The notes: a model not told the origin generated them from the letters alone. Counted from the whole stretch's first letter, positions 12,195-24,519 are shown. The stretch is 63,066 nt of DNA, filler included, from Gonapodya sp. JEL0774 (GCA_027604505.1; 26 parts of 26 records of this genome joined end to end with filler, not necessarily neighbours in it); one strand, 5' to 3'. Translations and numbers: made by a program.

Positions 12195-12901
12195 CAGAAA
12201 GAGAGCGAGCTAGGTGTAATTTCGTCCGCCGGACGACTTCAAACAAGAAAAAGAAACTCGAGAGTGGTCAAGTCGTCCGTCGGACGACTTTTTCCACGAG
12301 CGGAGAAAGTCGTCCGCCGGACGACCTGATGAGAGAACAACAGAAAGAGAGCGAGCTAGGTGTAATTTCGTCCGCCGGACGACTTCAAACAAGAAACAGA
12401 AACTCGAGAGTGGTCAAGTCGTCCGTCGGACGACTTTTTCCACGAGCGGAGAAAGTCGTCCGCCGGACGACTTGATGCTTCACAGAGAGTTCCGCAGTGA
12501 TAGGAGAAAGTCGTCCAGCGGACGAGTTGGCACTTCCCTGAGAGTATCAGAAAACACGCGAGAAAATCGTCCGGTGGACGACTTGGAGCTTGACTGATAG
12601 TATCATCGTCGATTGCAGAAAATCATCCGGCGGACGACTTGATCCTTGACATATAGTTCCGCACCGACAGTAGAAGATCGTCCGGCGGATGACTTGGTGC
12701 TTGACATAGAGTTCCATAGTGACAAGAGAAAATCGTCCGGCGGACGACTTGATTCTTGACAGAGGCAATCAGAAGCAGCGAGAGAAAATCGTCTGGCGGA
12801 CGACTTGATGCTTGACATACAGGTCCGCAACGTCGATAGAAAATCATCCAGCAGGCGTGTTGATGCTTGACTGAGAGAGTCTGAGAGAGTCCAGCGGACA
12901 A
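12195..12901. repeat. Array of 13-14 palindromic TCGTCC-N3-GGACGA units: a 146-bp higher-order duplication followed by regular 55-56-bp units
   Basis: Cores start at 12222, 12273, 12310, 12368, 12419, 12456, 12511, 12567, 12623, 12678, 12733, 12789 and 12844, with a degenerate copy near 12888. Confidence 0.95.
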
Positions 12902-13164
12902 CTACTGTGCATGAGGCGTTTCCCTGTTCCCATCGTCCCGGCCTGGCAGCCTCTGCCTGATATCCTCATCTGTGCTCACCTTATCTTCGCAATCCCTGTC
13001 CCTTGTTATGTTTATCGAGTTCTTTTCTCTTCAGACGATTGTGAAAGTAGGCACTTTCAGCGTATTCCTGTTGTGTAGGGTGCCATTTAGGATGCCATTT
13101 TTGTTTTCACCATTCGGTTGCTTTGGTAAATCTTGCAGCGGGGTTCAATCACCTCAACAACAAA

Positions 13165-14532
13165 ATGGGAGATCCCGTCACTCTTGTGAACGAATTTCAA
13201 CCAAACGAGACTCACTTCTTCCACAAAACATCCTTCACCGCCCCTGAGCTGCAGAACCTGTTTAGACTTCAGGGAAATCCGTTGGACGTCTACCTCTTAC
13301 CAAAGTCAGCCCCCAATCGAACCATTTTGACGAGGAATGGTCGATTTGAACTTGTTGCAGGCGAAGAATACATTGTCGGTGGAGAACCAACGGAATCTTC
13401 GTTTAAGAACATACTGGAAACAGTCACCTCGAACCTCATCGAAGTATTTCCCCCATCCGAGGATGTCACGCGTACTACGTCTGTTGCCGGCAACGAAAAT
13501 GCCGAGCACGTGTTAGACGATGAGACGGAAGATGCAATCGATGACTATCTTAATAAACATTCCGACATTGAACTCTATCTATTGAACAACTGTATCCCCA
13601 AAGCACTACCGGTTCATTGCAAAGGGAATGTGAACAAATCACATCGCAAGGATTGGAAAAGAATGGTGAGTGATTCTTTCAAGCCCCGTTGTGTTTATCC
13701 CTATAAGAGTCTGCATTGCAGGTGAGGTCTTACACAATCATAAACGACCGGCTGCATTTTGTCCGCAAGGACGGAACACCAATGCTTGTCTTCACATCTG
13801 CGGACGAAATCAACCGTGCAATTCATCATGTACACACTTCTTCTGCGGCTGGTGGTCACTCTTCTTTGTGGCGCTCGTGGAGGAAACTCGTGATGAACTA
13901 TTATGCCCGCGGACTCTTCCGGATCCTCGAAAAGACAATATTGACATGTGCGGTATGTGTCCTGCAACAACCGCTACCATCTAGGGCGCCTTTGGTACCC
14001 ATCATCACCTCCCGACCAAATGAGTTGGTGAGTGACAACCCAGTAGCAGATGAGTTCTGCTGTGTTGTAATTCATTTTCATACCTTACTTCAAGTGGGTG
14101 ATAGACTACACGAAATTCGGGCGCTTTTGGATTCTACATGGAGTCGACCACCTATCTAAAAAGGGATTCGCTAATGCTTTCCTCACAAAGGTACGTTTAT
14201 TCTGCCATAAGAACGTTCAAGTGGAGAAGTTCTAACCTTAAATGAAGCAATCAAAGAACGTAGTTGACTCAATCATGGAGTGGAGCAAGGAAGGCGGTAT
14301 GCCCGATTCAACACTCTCTGATAACGGAGGCGAGTTTGTTTCGAAGGCGTTCGAGAAACTCCACCACCTCCATGGTATCAAGATCAGGCATGGCAGCCCC
14401 TACAAGCCTTCGACACAAGGTGCCATCAAGAATCGCAATCGCTTCCTCAAGAGCCGTATCCGCAAAGTGTTGAAGGAGCTCAACATTCAAGAATCTACTT
14501 TGAGCCTTGAGCGTCTTCGAGACATCTTGCCA
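13165..14532 (+). mobile_element. Intron-containing retroviral-type (rve) integrase, Ginger-like DNA transposase or domesticated derivative; 3' truncated
   Basis: Predicted introns 13666-13721, 14028-14094 and 14191-14247 keep frame. H2C2 zinc motif HVH..GGH..CAVC, then RPNELWVIDYTKF, VDHLSK, SDNGGEF and SPYKPSTQGAIKNRN. No RT or protease upstream. True start uncertain. Confidence 0.82.
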
Positions 14533-14859
14533 NNNNNNNNNNNNNNNNNNNNNNNNNNNNNNNNNNNNNNNNNNNNTTAATTAATTAANNNNNNNNNNNN
14601 NNNNNNNNNNNNNNNNNNNNNNNNNNNNNNNNTGGAGACCCGGGGGTGGCGCGTGAGTTTCCTGGAGATCTGTCATGTCTGCATTTGCCGCGGCGCGCGA
14701 GTGACGGGTGATGTCCCCGCACCCGGATGGGTTCTGGCCCAAATGGCACCGACGGAGCGAGCGCCATCTCGATTCCTCATCTTGCTGAAGACACACTGGC
14801 CCAATCCACATCCACTCCCTGTGGGCTGTGTCCCTTTCACCTCCCACGTCCCCCGTTCT

Positions 14860-16921
14860 TCACACCACCCACCCCACCACTGCCACAACGGCCACGGCCA
14901 CCACCACCCTCCACACCGTGCTCCACACCCCACCGGCCGCCCGCCCTGACCCAGCTCCCGTCCCGCCACTCTTGCCACTCCCACTCGACCCACTCGTCCC
15001 ACTTGTCCCAGTCGTCCCCGCCGTCCCCGTCGTCCCCGTCCCGTTGCCCGCACCCGCCGTCCCACTCGCCTGGACCGTCCCCACCCCGCCCACCACCCCC
15101 GGCGTCTGCGGGTTGGCAAACACCAGCGCCGTTGCCGGATTGTACGTCTCGCGCACCTGCACCACCTTGTCCCAATTTCCGGCGAAATACGTCCTGGGGT
15201 CCAGGTCCAGATCGACGTACCCCTGGTAATGCCCGCCACTGACGTAGGGTGCCAGGAGCTTTTCGGTCTCGTTGATCCAGGCGTACCGTGACGAGTCCAG
15301 CGGTTCCACGACGCCCTCGTCGAAGAAGATGACGTATTGGATCAAGTACAGCGTCCCGGTGCGGTGCGGGTACGCAGTGGCGGTGCTGGACAGGGAGTCG
15401 ATGGCCCCGCCCAACGCGGCCATTTCGAGGAACCCGTAGTTGTTCGGTATGGCGGTAACGCGGTCCACAATGTGCTGCAACCCCGCCGCGGGGATGGCCT
15501 GCGTGACGTACTCGGACTTTGCCTTGGCGTTTTCGCGGTTGGCGGCGGTGAGACGGGTCGGGGTGGTCAGGGCGGCCAGGTTGGAGCAGTTCGCGGAAAT
15601 GTCCCACAGGGCGGCTTGGGCGCCTAACGAGGTGCAGGACTGGTACGTCACGGTGGGGGTTCCGATGGACAAGAGGCCCGAACTGGCCACGAGCGCGGCG
15701 CAGGATTCTTGGGAGCCCAAGTACCGTCCCAACACCGTGACGGTGCCGAACCCGAGGAGGATCTGCGAGGCGAGCGCGGGGGGTGCGGAGTAGGCCCAGG
15801 ACTGGTACGCAGCCAGAGCGGCCGTGGCGTTGGAGTAGTCGGGCCAGGTGATGGTGAGGATGGTGTTGAGCGGGGGTTCTGGGTACACGTTGAGCGTCGC
15901 CTCGACCACGATGCCGTAGGCCCCGCCCCCGCCGCCGCGGATGGCCCAGAACAAGTCGGCGTGGGGGCCCGATGCGTCGGCTGTGACCAGGTCGCCCTGT
16001 GCGGTGACGACCGAGGCGGACACGATGTTGTCGGCGAAGAGGCCGTACGAGCGGGACAAGAAACCGAACCCGCCCGCGGCCATGTGGCCCCCGGCGGCGA
16101 CGGAGGGACAGACGCCTGCTGGGACGGTGAGGTTGTGGAGGGAGAGAGAGAGGTAGAGGTTGCCGAGGCGGATGCCTGGGTTGATGGTGGCTGTGGCTAT
16201 GGAGGATGCGGAGGAGTTGGAGGAGGAAGCGGGGGAAGGGGAAGGGGAGGGAGAGACGGAGACGGAGTTTAGGGATGAGATGTCGACGAGGAGTTGGTTG
16301 TCGAGGGATCCGAGGTTTTCGTAGCTGTGGAGATGTGGGGGTTTGTGGGTACGTGGGCGGAAGAGGAACGAGGAGTGGAGGGAGAAGGGAGAAGGGAGAA
16401 GGGGGTAAGAAGGGGGGACGTGGAGAAGGAGCGGAGGTATGGGAGAGTCGGGGGAGCAGTGTGAGTGTGGTCTCTTGTGTCGCACAGTCCCCACCCCACC
16501 ACCAGGCGCATTCCAACACTCACGAATGGCCCCCACTCCTGGGCACGACACTGACGCCCTCCTTGACAGCACACTTGACCGCCCCCTGGACCTGTTCGAC
16601 TGAACTGGCGAAGAGAATGACAGCTGGGAAGTGTTGGAGTCGAGTGCGTTCGCCGTCTCTGTATTGGTCGTATTGCGGGGAAGAAGGCGAGTAGTACTCG
16701 ACTGTGCCGGGTAGTTGGTCGAGACAGGAGATGAGGGAGTCGGAGGAGCGGGGGGAGAGAAGGGGGTAGTGCTGGTGGGAGAGGGAGAGTGCGGGAGATG
16801 CCAGTGCGAGCATCATGAAGAACGCTGCTGCGAGTCCACCACTGCGCAGTCGCCGTCGCTGTCGCCGTTGCCGCAGCACATTTGAGTGGCGCAGTTGTGG
16901 ATGTCGTTCTGTGGATTCCAT
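14860..16921 (-). CDS. Secreted FAD-linked oxidoreductase, berberine-bridge-enzyme/AA7-like, with putative GPI or TM C-terminus
   Basis: Intron 16523-16325 reconstitutes RSGGHSYE. Also AGVCPSVAAGGH, DLFWAIRGGGGGAYGIV and BBE tail YQGYVD..YFAGN..KV..YNP. Signal peptide, G/T/S linker and hydrophobic end. Confidence 0.92.
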
Positions 16922-17828
16922 CTGTCTGGCCAGTGTCTGAGTGTGTGTGGTGTTGGTGTGGGTCTCTGNNNNNNNNNNNNNNNNNNNNNNNNNNNNNNNN
17001 NNNNNNNNNNNNTTAATTAATTAANNNNNNNNNNNNNNNNNNNNNNNNNNNNNNNNNNNNNNNNNNNNGTGGGGTTCGTGCCCGACCTGCCCGCACAGGG
17101 ACACGGCCAGGGGCATGAGGGCGAGGATGAAGAGGACGGTGGGGTCGTGGTGGGGTTCGCGAGGTTGTGAGGGGGCCGTTATGGGGCCGGGTGGTAGGTG
17201 GTAGGGGGGAGGGCGGAGAGTGGTGCACCTGTTATTATTTGCTGGTGCTGTTGTTGGTGCTGTTGGAGCACGGAGGACCGTAGCAGTATGTTCGGGTCAA
17301 GTGTATTTGTGCCGGTGCAGGCAGGTGCCCGTTCCGTTGCGAGTCATTTTCCCCAGAGAAACCAGCACCTTGAGTTCCCTTCCTCACGATACGCGATCCT
17401 CACCCAGCTTCAAGACGTTCTCCCTCACATCGACGTTCACGTCCCATCTCGACTGCCCTCTCCGCCTCCCGTCCTTTCCCACCGTCCGTTTTGCCGCCCT
17501 CCACCTTAGCTGCCATGAAACCGCTTGACGGATCACCCGGGCGTCGGCGTCGCATCGCTTCGATAGCGGAACTTGTCGAAAAGATCGTTTCGGAACTGGA
17601 TCAGGGGGATAGAGCGACGTGTGTGCGGGTGTGGTGAGTGCTGTACGGGTAGATATTACATGTTACAGGGTTCTGGTTCGTTTTGGCTCACGCGAGTCGG
17701 TATGTCACCGGATGTTGCGACGAAAATGAAGCACGCTATGGAAACCGATCGCTCTCGAGGCTCTTTGGAGTTTCTGGCGGATCGACGAACGGTCCAAGAC
17801 CACTCGACAGGTCAGGTCGTATCTTTCG

Positions 17829-18875
17829 ATGGATGCAAAGACACGAGAGATGATTCGACCGCGGGATATCCGGATCACCTGGTATCAGCCTTCATGGTGG
17901 TACAGTCCGGTGATAACTCCAGAGGTTCTCGCAGTACTCCACCACGCTTCCAACGACGCGACGTCGTGGGAGTTTGACCGGAGCAATGTGGAGGACTTCC
18001 TCACAGTATGCGACCTCGTGCAACCACTCGCGGCGAGACTAAAGCGGCTCTGTGTCGGTGTCCTGGTGGGGTGGGTGGCGAAACGGTTGGGTCTGTCAAT
18101 CGTCAATCGGCGACTCGATACCTTGCTTCGAGACTGTATTGCACTCGAAGAACTTCAACTGTTGTGCCAAGATGGTATCACTGTGTCAATATCCCCCAAA
18201 CTATCAATGACTTTGAGGAGCTTGGCGCTTCGTGGCGGGAACATCAACTCTTGGGACCACGTTCTGGGCCGAAGGTTCGCCGAAATCGATCAGCTTTCAA
18301 TCGGGGCTCTCACACAATACCAATTGGAATTCGTGCGCTTCATGCCAAAGCTGAAAATTCTGGATATCAGTGAATGCGGCATTCTGGTGACCTGGAAGGC
18401 AGTTGCAGATGTGCTCACCGCTGTCGGTGACAAACTTCACATCTTCTCCCACAAAATCGATAGTGGGAGGAATCCAACTCCTCTTACCTCGACTGTGGTG
18501 GATACAATCACTCGCAACTGCAGAAATCTCAGACTATTGCGCCTGTCCCAATATCAGACTTGCACAGTACGCCTTGTTCGAAAAATTGTCGAAGAACTCT
18601 CACACCTCACCACGCTTTGTTTGGACCGCACACCTATTATCCCTCGTTGGTTCGATAAGATTGCGCTGGACTTGTTTTTGAAGAGTCGGCCAAGTCATCT
18701 CGAGATTTTATTCCACACATGGGAATCTCCCAAGAACAGCGCCGAAGTGGAGACTGTGAACACGTTGGCGGACACAAAACTTGGCGGATTTAGTCCTCTG
18801 AGGATGGATGAGTCAGTGGTGTGGTGTATGAGTTCCCGTACTTTGCAGATCAAACGCCCTGTTATATGGAACTGA
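17829..18875 (+). CDS. RNI-like/F-box-type leucine-rich repeat protein (upstream exons likely)
   Basis: 348-aa ORF with LRR-like units CIALEELQL, MPKLKILDISEC, CRNLRLLRLS and LSHLTTLCL. Confidence 0.6.
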   Translation: MDAKTREMIRPRDIRITWYQPSWWYSPVITPEVLAVLHHASNDATSWEFDRSNVEDFLTVCDLVQPLAARLKRLCVGVLVGWVAKRLGLSIVNRRLDTLLRDCIALEELQLLCQDGITVSISPKLSMTLRSLALRGGNINSWDHVLGRRFAEIDQLSIGALTQYQLEFVRFMPKLKILDISECGILVTWKAVADVLTAVGDKLHIFSHKIDSGRNPTPLTSTVVDTITRNCRNLRLLRLSQYQTCTVRLVRKIVEELSHLTTLCLDRTPIIPRWFDKIALDLFLKSRPSHLEILFHTWESPKNSAEVETVNTLADTKLGGFSPLRMDESVVWCMSSRTLQIKRPVIWN

Positions 18876-19503
18876 GTGATTCATATGATGCAAGCTTGGA
18901 TGTGCACTTGATGTTCTCACCCAGTCGGCAAAAGATGCACTGGACTCCGTGGGGATCCACGATGTACCGACAATTTACACCGATGGACAATAGCATTTTG
19001 ATTGAAAAGCTGTGTATCAGGACTTGCAGTGGAATGGACATTCAAAGTAGGATAGGACGAAATAATATGGGAAGTGGCCGTGGATCAACAATGTTGACTA
19101 GCACAGTGCAAGGACCCCAGCAACATGAAAGGACGCGAACCTGTCATCTCAGATAATAGACGCCTTCCACACCTTCACACACTATGCTTGGATCGCTCAC
19201 AGATTACTGGCGACTAGTGCGAAAGAGCTGCACTGGATGTATTTTTGGAGCACCGCCCATGTCAGTTGAGATTGTTCTTTGCTGGGTATGCCAATGCAAA
19301 GGATATGGACTGTGATCGGAACCAATTCGGTTACATAAATGAATATATCATTTAGATGGAACAGTGTAAAACGGGGGTACTTCAACGACGATTTGTGTAA
19401 TGGNNNNNNNNNNNNNNNNNNNNNNNNNNNNNNNNNNNNNNNNNNNNTTAATTAATTAANNNNNNNNNNNNNNNNNNNNNNNNNNNNNNNNNNNNNNNNN
19501 NNN

Positions 19504-19729
19504 TGTGGTTGGATGGAAAAATTCCTTGTATGATTTCTTACTGCCACCCCACAAATAGCACCTGGGGATCACATAGAGGCTATTTTGTTGGACTGGAGGA
19601 ACTTTGTCTGTACGCAACTTATCTATTACATGTGCTGCTGCTCATCTATGTGGGGACGGCTACTCTAGTTTACACACATCACCCATTTGTGTACAATGTC
19701 GGATATTACACCAACACTCCCCCTGATCC
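19504..19729 (-). mobile_element. Putative copia 3' LTR (possibly partial) with polypurine tract
   Basis: Minus strand reads GGATCAGGGGGAG then TGTTGG at 19729-19711, directly after the pol stop. LTR would begin at 19716. Confidence 0.65.
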
Positions 19730-19739
19730 ACTGTCAATG

Positions 19740-20540
19740 TCAGACTCTAATTTTTGTCCTATGTTGCTCGAAATCGGCTTTAGGTAATGGTTTCATCATT
19801 GCATCTGAAGTGTTCTTGCTTGTAGGAATATAGATGAGGCAAAGGGTATTCTTCTTAATCTCATTGCGAACAAAGAAATATTTGATTGGGATATGTTTCG
19901 TCATGTGGTGATTCCGTTGATTCTGCGCCAATGATAAAGCACCCCTGTTGTCACCATACAGAGTAGCATCAGGTTTTCCTGGTCTAATCAACTGAGTACC
20001 AGATTTCAAAGGTCATCCAAGCTCTGAAAGTATGTGAGTCAACCATTACAATTCTTTGACTGTGAAGTGCTTGAATACAAACTCTGCAAATGTTGACGAG
20101 TCAGTTAAAAGTTCCTGCTTTTTACTTGACCAACTGATGGCTCCCCCTGGCAACATGAAGATGTATCTCTGCCGGGATTTGAAATCATGAGGGTCACTTC
20201 CATAGGATGTGTCATAATAACAATGAAAATCTGTTCTTGTGGATGCCCTCTTTGGGTCTTCTCTCCCAGTGTTAGTAACTCCATAGTTAATTGTGCCACT
20301 GAAGTACCGGATAAGATAGAGCTGTGCATCAGAATGTTTCTTGCTGGGATTCTGGAGAGTTTCCAAAAGAATTCGTAGGGCCATTACTGCATCTCCACAG
20401 CTGGTAAGGACAATGTAATTCATTATACCAACACAATGGTGGTAGTTCTCATGATCAATGCCAGCTTTTTCAGCTTCAGTTGTCAGACAATCAGCACGAG
20501 ACAAGACAAGTCCAGCATTAGTAGTGAAGAGGGTGTACAA
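19740..20540 (-). mobile_element. Degraded Ty1/copia RT C-terminus and RNase H
   Basis: GGAISWSSKKQ..STFAEF, LYGDNRGALSLA, HHMTKHIPIKYFFVR and YIPTSKNTSDAMMKPL. Frameshifted. Confidence 0.9.
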
Positions 20541-20695
20541 GTATTAGTGTAGTGTGCCTGTCGCTTGAGGAAAACTGTACCTGTGATGTAGAAAATACCT
20601 CACGCACTATTACATGTTAGTGGTGACAAAAGCACCGGCAGGAGGCCAATACAGCCCAATGGCCCACAGGGGAAGGCGAGTAGGCCAGGCAGTCC

Positions 20696-21837
20696 CTAAG
20701 ATTGCCCTGGTGGGGGCCTTTGGGGCAGAGGGGGTATGTGGATAATCATGTGTGAGTTGTCAGAGTGGAAGATGTAGGAGGAGAGCGGATCAGGGATGTG
20801 TGCTGTAGTGGTTGGTTGGCTGATTCTGGGGACATCTGGGTCAGTGTAGTTAGGGAGATCTTTTGTGAGTTTGTGGGCTACAGAGGTGATATGTCCAAGG
20901 TCACTTGCAAGTTGGTAGTTGCCCCGGTGTAAGAGCATCGAGGCAAGGTCATGGATGGAGGATGGTGGTTGGGAAATCTTCAGTACGGTGGTGAGTGGTC
21001 GGGTGCGTAGCTGAAGTCTGGTGCAGGCATCCACAAGAGGGGGTTGGGTGCAGTTTAGGTAGACGTGTTCGAGTGTGAGGCAGAGTCTGCAGTAACGTTG
21101 GTCACAGGGTGTGTGGGGCGTAGATTGTGTTCCTATAACGAGGCCTCGGAGTGTGGTGGCCATGGTGTTGAGCAGTCGGTAAGTGGTCTGTCTATGTTGG
21201 GTTGGGTCAAGCATGGCTTTGAGTCCGAAGGTGCTAGAATGTTTCTCCAGGTAGTTGACAGCAGATTTCAGGGGGTTGTTTGGGACGCAGTTGTCTTTGT
21301 ATATTTTGGTTAGGATGATGACAGTTTCTGACCAGAAGCCGGTTTTGGAGGACGGTAGGGGGGATGTCGGCGTTCCTGTGTGCAGTTCAGGTGGCAGCAG
21401 AAGGGGTACTTGGTAGCGTTTGAGGTGTGTGTTCGGATCGCCAGTCTTGAAGGTATTGTTGTTGGAGGGCGAGGTTGAGGACTTGGAGGTTACAGATGAA
21501 TGTTTTGGGGGGGGAGCGGTGGATCCACGTTGGTTGTGCCACACTCCGAGGATGAGAACGCGGTTTGAAGGTGTGAGTTGAGTGTCATTGTAGAACAGGG
21601 GGGGGGCAAATAGTAGCCACTTGATCTGTTGGTTCTTCTTTTTATGTGGTTGCTCCAAGAAGCAGACAAAGATGGTTTTGAGGACATTGACCAAACAGCC
21701 CCATACAAGGCAGTAGCCCAGCAGGAGGTCGAGGTGTTGAGATGGATGTTGGGTTGCTTCTCTATATTTTCTCTCTGCACACAACTGAGTTTGCAAATTA
21801 TGCCCTTCACCACACCCAGATTGACATACAAGCCTTT
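20696..21837 (-). mobile_element. Degraded non-LTR retrotransposon (LINE) ORF2 3' part
   Basis: Post-RT-like LYGAVW and RVLILGVW segments, and a CCHC-like CRLC..LEHVYLNC near the C-terminus. Frameshifted. Confidence 0.6.
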
Positions 21838-21937
21838 NNNNNNNNNNNNNNNNNNNNNNNNNNNNNNNNNNNNNNNNNNNNTTAATTAATTAANNNNNNN
21901 NNNNNNNNNNNNNNNNNNNNNNNNNNNNNNNNNNNNN

Positions 21938-24270
21938 CCAGATGATAACAATAAATCCACGGTTTCTCGCTTTCGAGATAGAAGCTCGATAACCATAATC
22001 GTCTGATGAGGAAAATAATCGATACCTCTATCATCACAGCCATGGTGGGACGTGACATTACCTTCTCCACAACGGACTCCTCTGTCGAATGCAGTTCTAG
22101 AACTTTACGCAAATTGTCCATTATGAACTCCAATATCGGGGAAGTGTTGGCACTTGAGTTTGGGCGCCCGAAAATCGAAATCAGTGCTGGACTGATCGTT
22201 GGCCGGCAAAGGAAATAGGTAAACTCGCATGCTGCGCCCGTTGCAGTCCGAAAATCCAATCACCTAATAGCATGGTAATCTTGGGGTTCTACAAACACAT
22301 AGGCTGCGCACCATCGATGAAGGAACCACATCAGTGTTTCCGCAAGACGGGGACTTGCAACGTTGGCAAGAGTTTTGTTCGATGGGTCAACAATTGTTGT
22401 TGTCAAAAGTTCCATAACCGCTTGTATGAGGGTCACAAGCATATCGGAGCGTTCATCATGCTGAGACTAAGGAGGTTGGGCAGGAATTCGGTGCATTGTC
22501 ACTTTCCCGCGATCTATTCGCAGTCTCACCTGTTCCACTGAGAAGCGGACCAACATCGCTGGGATCAGTGGCTTTTCCCCTCTTTCCGGTGACTCAGTGA
22601 CAAAAGCCGTGGTCATAAGTACTGCCCAATGCGCTCTCTCGTGGAGAAGACTCAGTTGCTCCACACTGATCGTCCCAGTGTTGTGTTGCGATAGTTCGGC
22701 GTACGCACTTTGCAAGCTCTCTGAGAGCGACTGAATCTTCAATGTAAGAAGCAAAAATGTGGTCCTGGGACTATAACGAGCGACGGCTGCCACTTGAGTG
22801 AGTTCATCATAATATCGATCCTTTCAGACACAAAACGAGATAATCAGGCGGAGATATGGCTGGGGTCCATTCCACAAGCGAATCTCATACCCAATCGGAT
22901 TCTTCACCTCCATCTTCTTCTTCTTCTTCAACTTTCAGAGCGAGCTCTGCCAAATTCGTCCGGAAGGAAAGATAATCTTCGATGAGCTTGGCACCGAACC
23001 TTTGAAGAATCAAAATGGCCGGGGAAGAGGAAGAGTGGCCATCGTCAGTAGGGAACAGAACATTTTGGAAATGTCGAACTGCTCGGTGGCGATGGATCGA
23101 GAATGAATGCACAACCACAGTGTTGGCATACTGAATCGCCTGGCCACTCACGCTGAACTGAGTTCCACGCCTCCACGAGATCAGCCACTACAAGGTCGTC
23201 CATCTCCTGAACATAGCTGTTAGTTATATTCGTTACAACTAGGATTGTGAGATTAGCAGCTGACTCGAGGAAGGAGGCGTTGTCGGATTCCGGTGATGTT
23301 GCGAAAGCTCTGATGAGCGAGGCGGCATATCGGAAGGAAGCGATGGAGCTGGCACGAAACGCACTGAGAGGAGAAGTAAATTTTTGCGTGACAGGTTACA
23401 CATTTATGATAATCACTGGCTAAATAACTTACTGTGTTATCACTCTCTCCATTCCACTCAACAGCAACGCGCCAACTACTTTCCTTTCATCTTCTGTAGC
23501 CCAGGGTATTTGTGTTAACGTGGAAAGCTTCTCGATGCATTCCACACAGCTCATCGCCGTATCTTCATCATCTTCCAGTCCAGCTCCAAGAAGGGCACTG
23601 TAAATCTGCAAAATGACCAAACACCGCCTGAGGGATTAAATCACCTCACTAACGACAGCGCGACTTCAAAGAACGATTCACACCTCAAAAAATGTACTGA
23701 CGACGTCTGGAATCATTAATAGACCTCGCCACGATTCTGGGTAGTCGGCAGCGCCGTTAAAGGTTCGCTTGCTTCCCCATTCTCGGTCACCCCGGCGCGC
23801 GCGAAACGAGCCCGCAATTATATCAGCTGTAGATCGTATATGATGCAAAATTGGTGATTCTTTCATGAATGGAAAGGTGCGTGGTCACATGTCTACTCAC
23901 ATTCCTTTACGAACTCCCATCCCAGTATCTTATCGGCTAGCGCCAAACATCCCCGGTCGAATGTTCTCGTCCTATCATCTTTCCTCCATCCGGTTTCCCG
24001 TACGATTTGTGCCGTATGACTTAGCACCTTAATCACCAGGGAAAGAATCTGACCAAGCTCAAATTGCTCGAACGCTTGTTTAGACCGAAAGTGCAGTTCC
24101 CACGGTAGCCCAAGTGCGTATGATTTTTCAGATGAAAACTCATCAATGATACTTTCGAGGAGCAGCAAAGCGATCTGACGCTGAATTGAGCGGTATGCAC
24201 AAACGGAATCGGATTAGCTCAGCTTCGGCTAGAGGGACCCGATTTCTTACCGTTTCCGGGGTAGGGTTCG
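21938..24270 (-). CDS. XPO4: Exportin-4-like karyopherin, internal exons
   Basis: IIDEFSSEKSYALGLPWELHFRSKQAFEQFELGQIL, PESWRGLL..VVSTFFEV and SPRLAETLMWFLHRWCAAY resemble exportin-4 segments as recalled. Confidence 0.75.
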
Positions 24271-24519
24271 NNNNNNNNNNNNNNNNNNNNNNNNNNNNNN
24301 NNNNNNNNNNNNNNTTAATTAATTAANNNNNNNNNNNNNNNNNNNNNNNNNNNNNNNNNNNNNNNNNNNNTCTGCGAACGCTTTCCAGCCCCCCAACCAC
24401 AGAGCAGAGAGTCCATATCCATATCTTCTTTTCTCTTGAAATTTGGGACTTTCACTTGCGAGAAGAGAACGCAGGAAACCTCTCTACGCGGGGCAATATA
24501 ACCAGCCATTTCAACGTCC

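Noticed and set aside
12195..12901. Bona fide prokaryotic CRISPR array
   Set aside because: The context is eukaryotic and intron-containing, with no cas gene in the fragment. Spacers are partly similar to one another and the first units are exact duplications. Kept as a repeat and a finding instead.
14837..16519. 560-aa Arg/Pro-rich ORF and similar long overlapping ORFs
   Set aside because: Shadow frames of GC-rich real genes.
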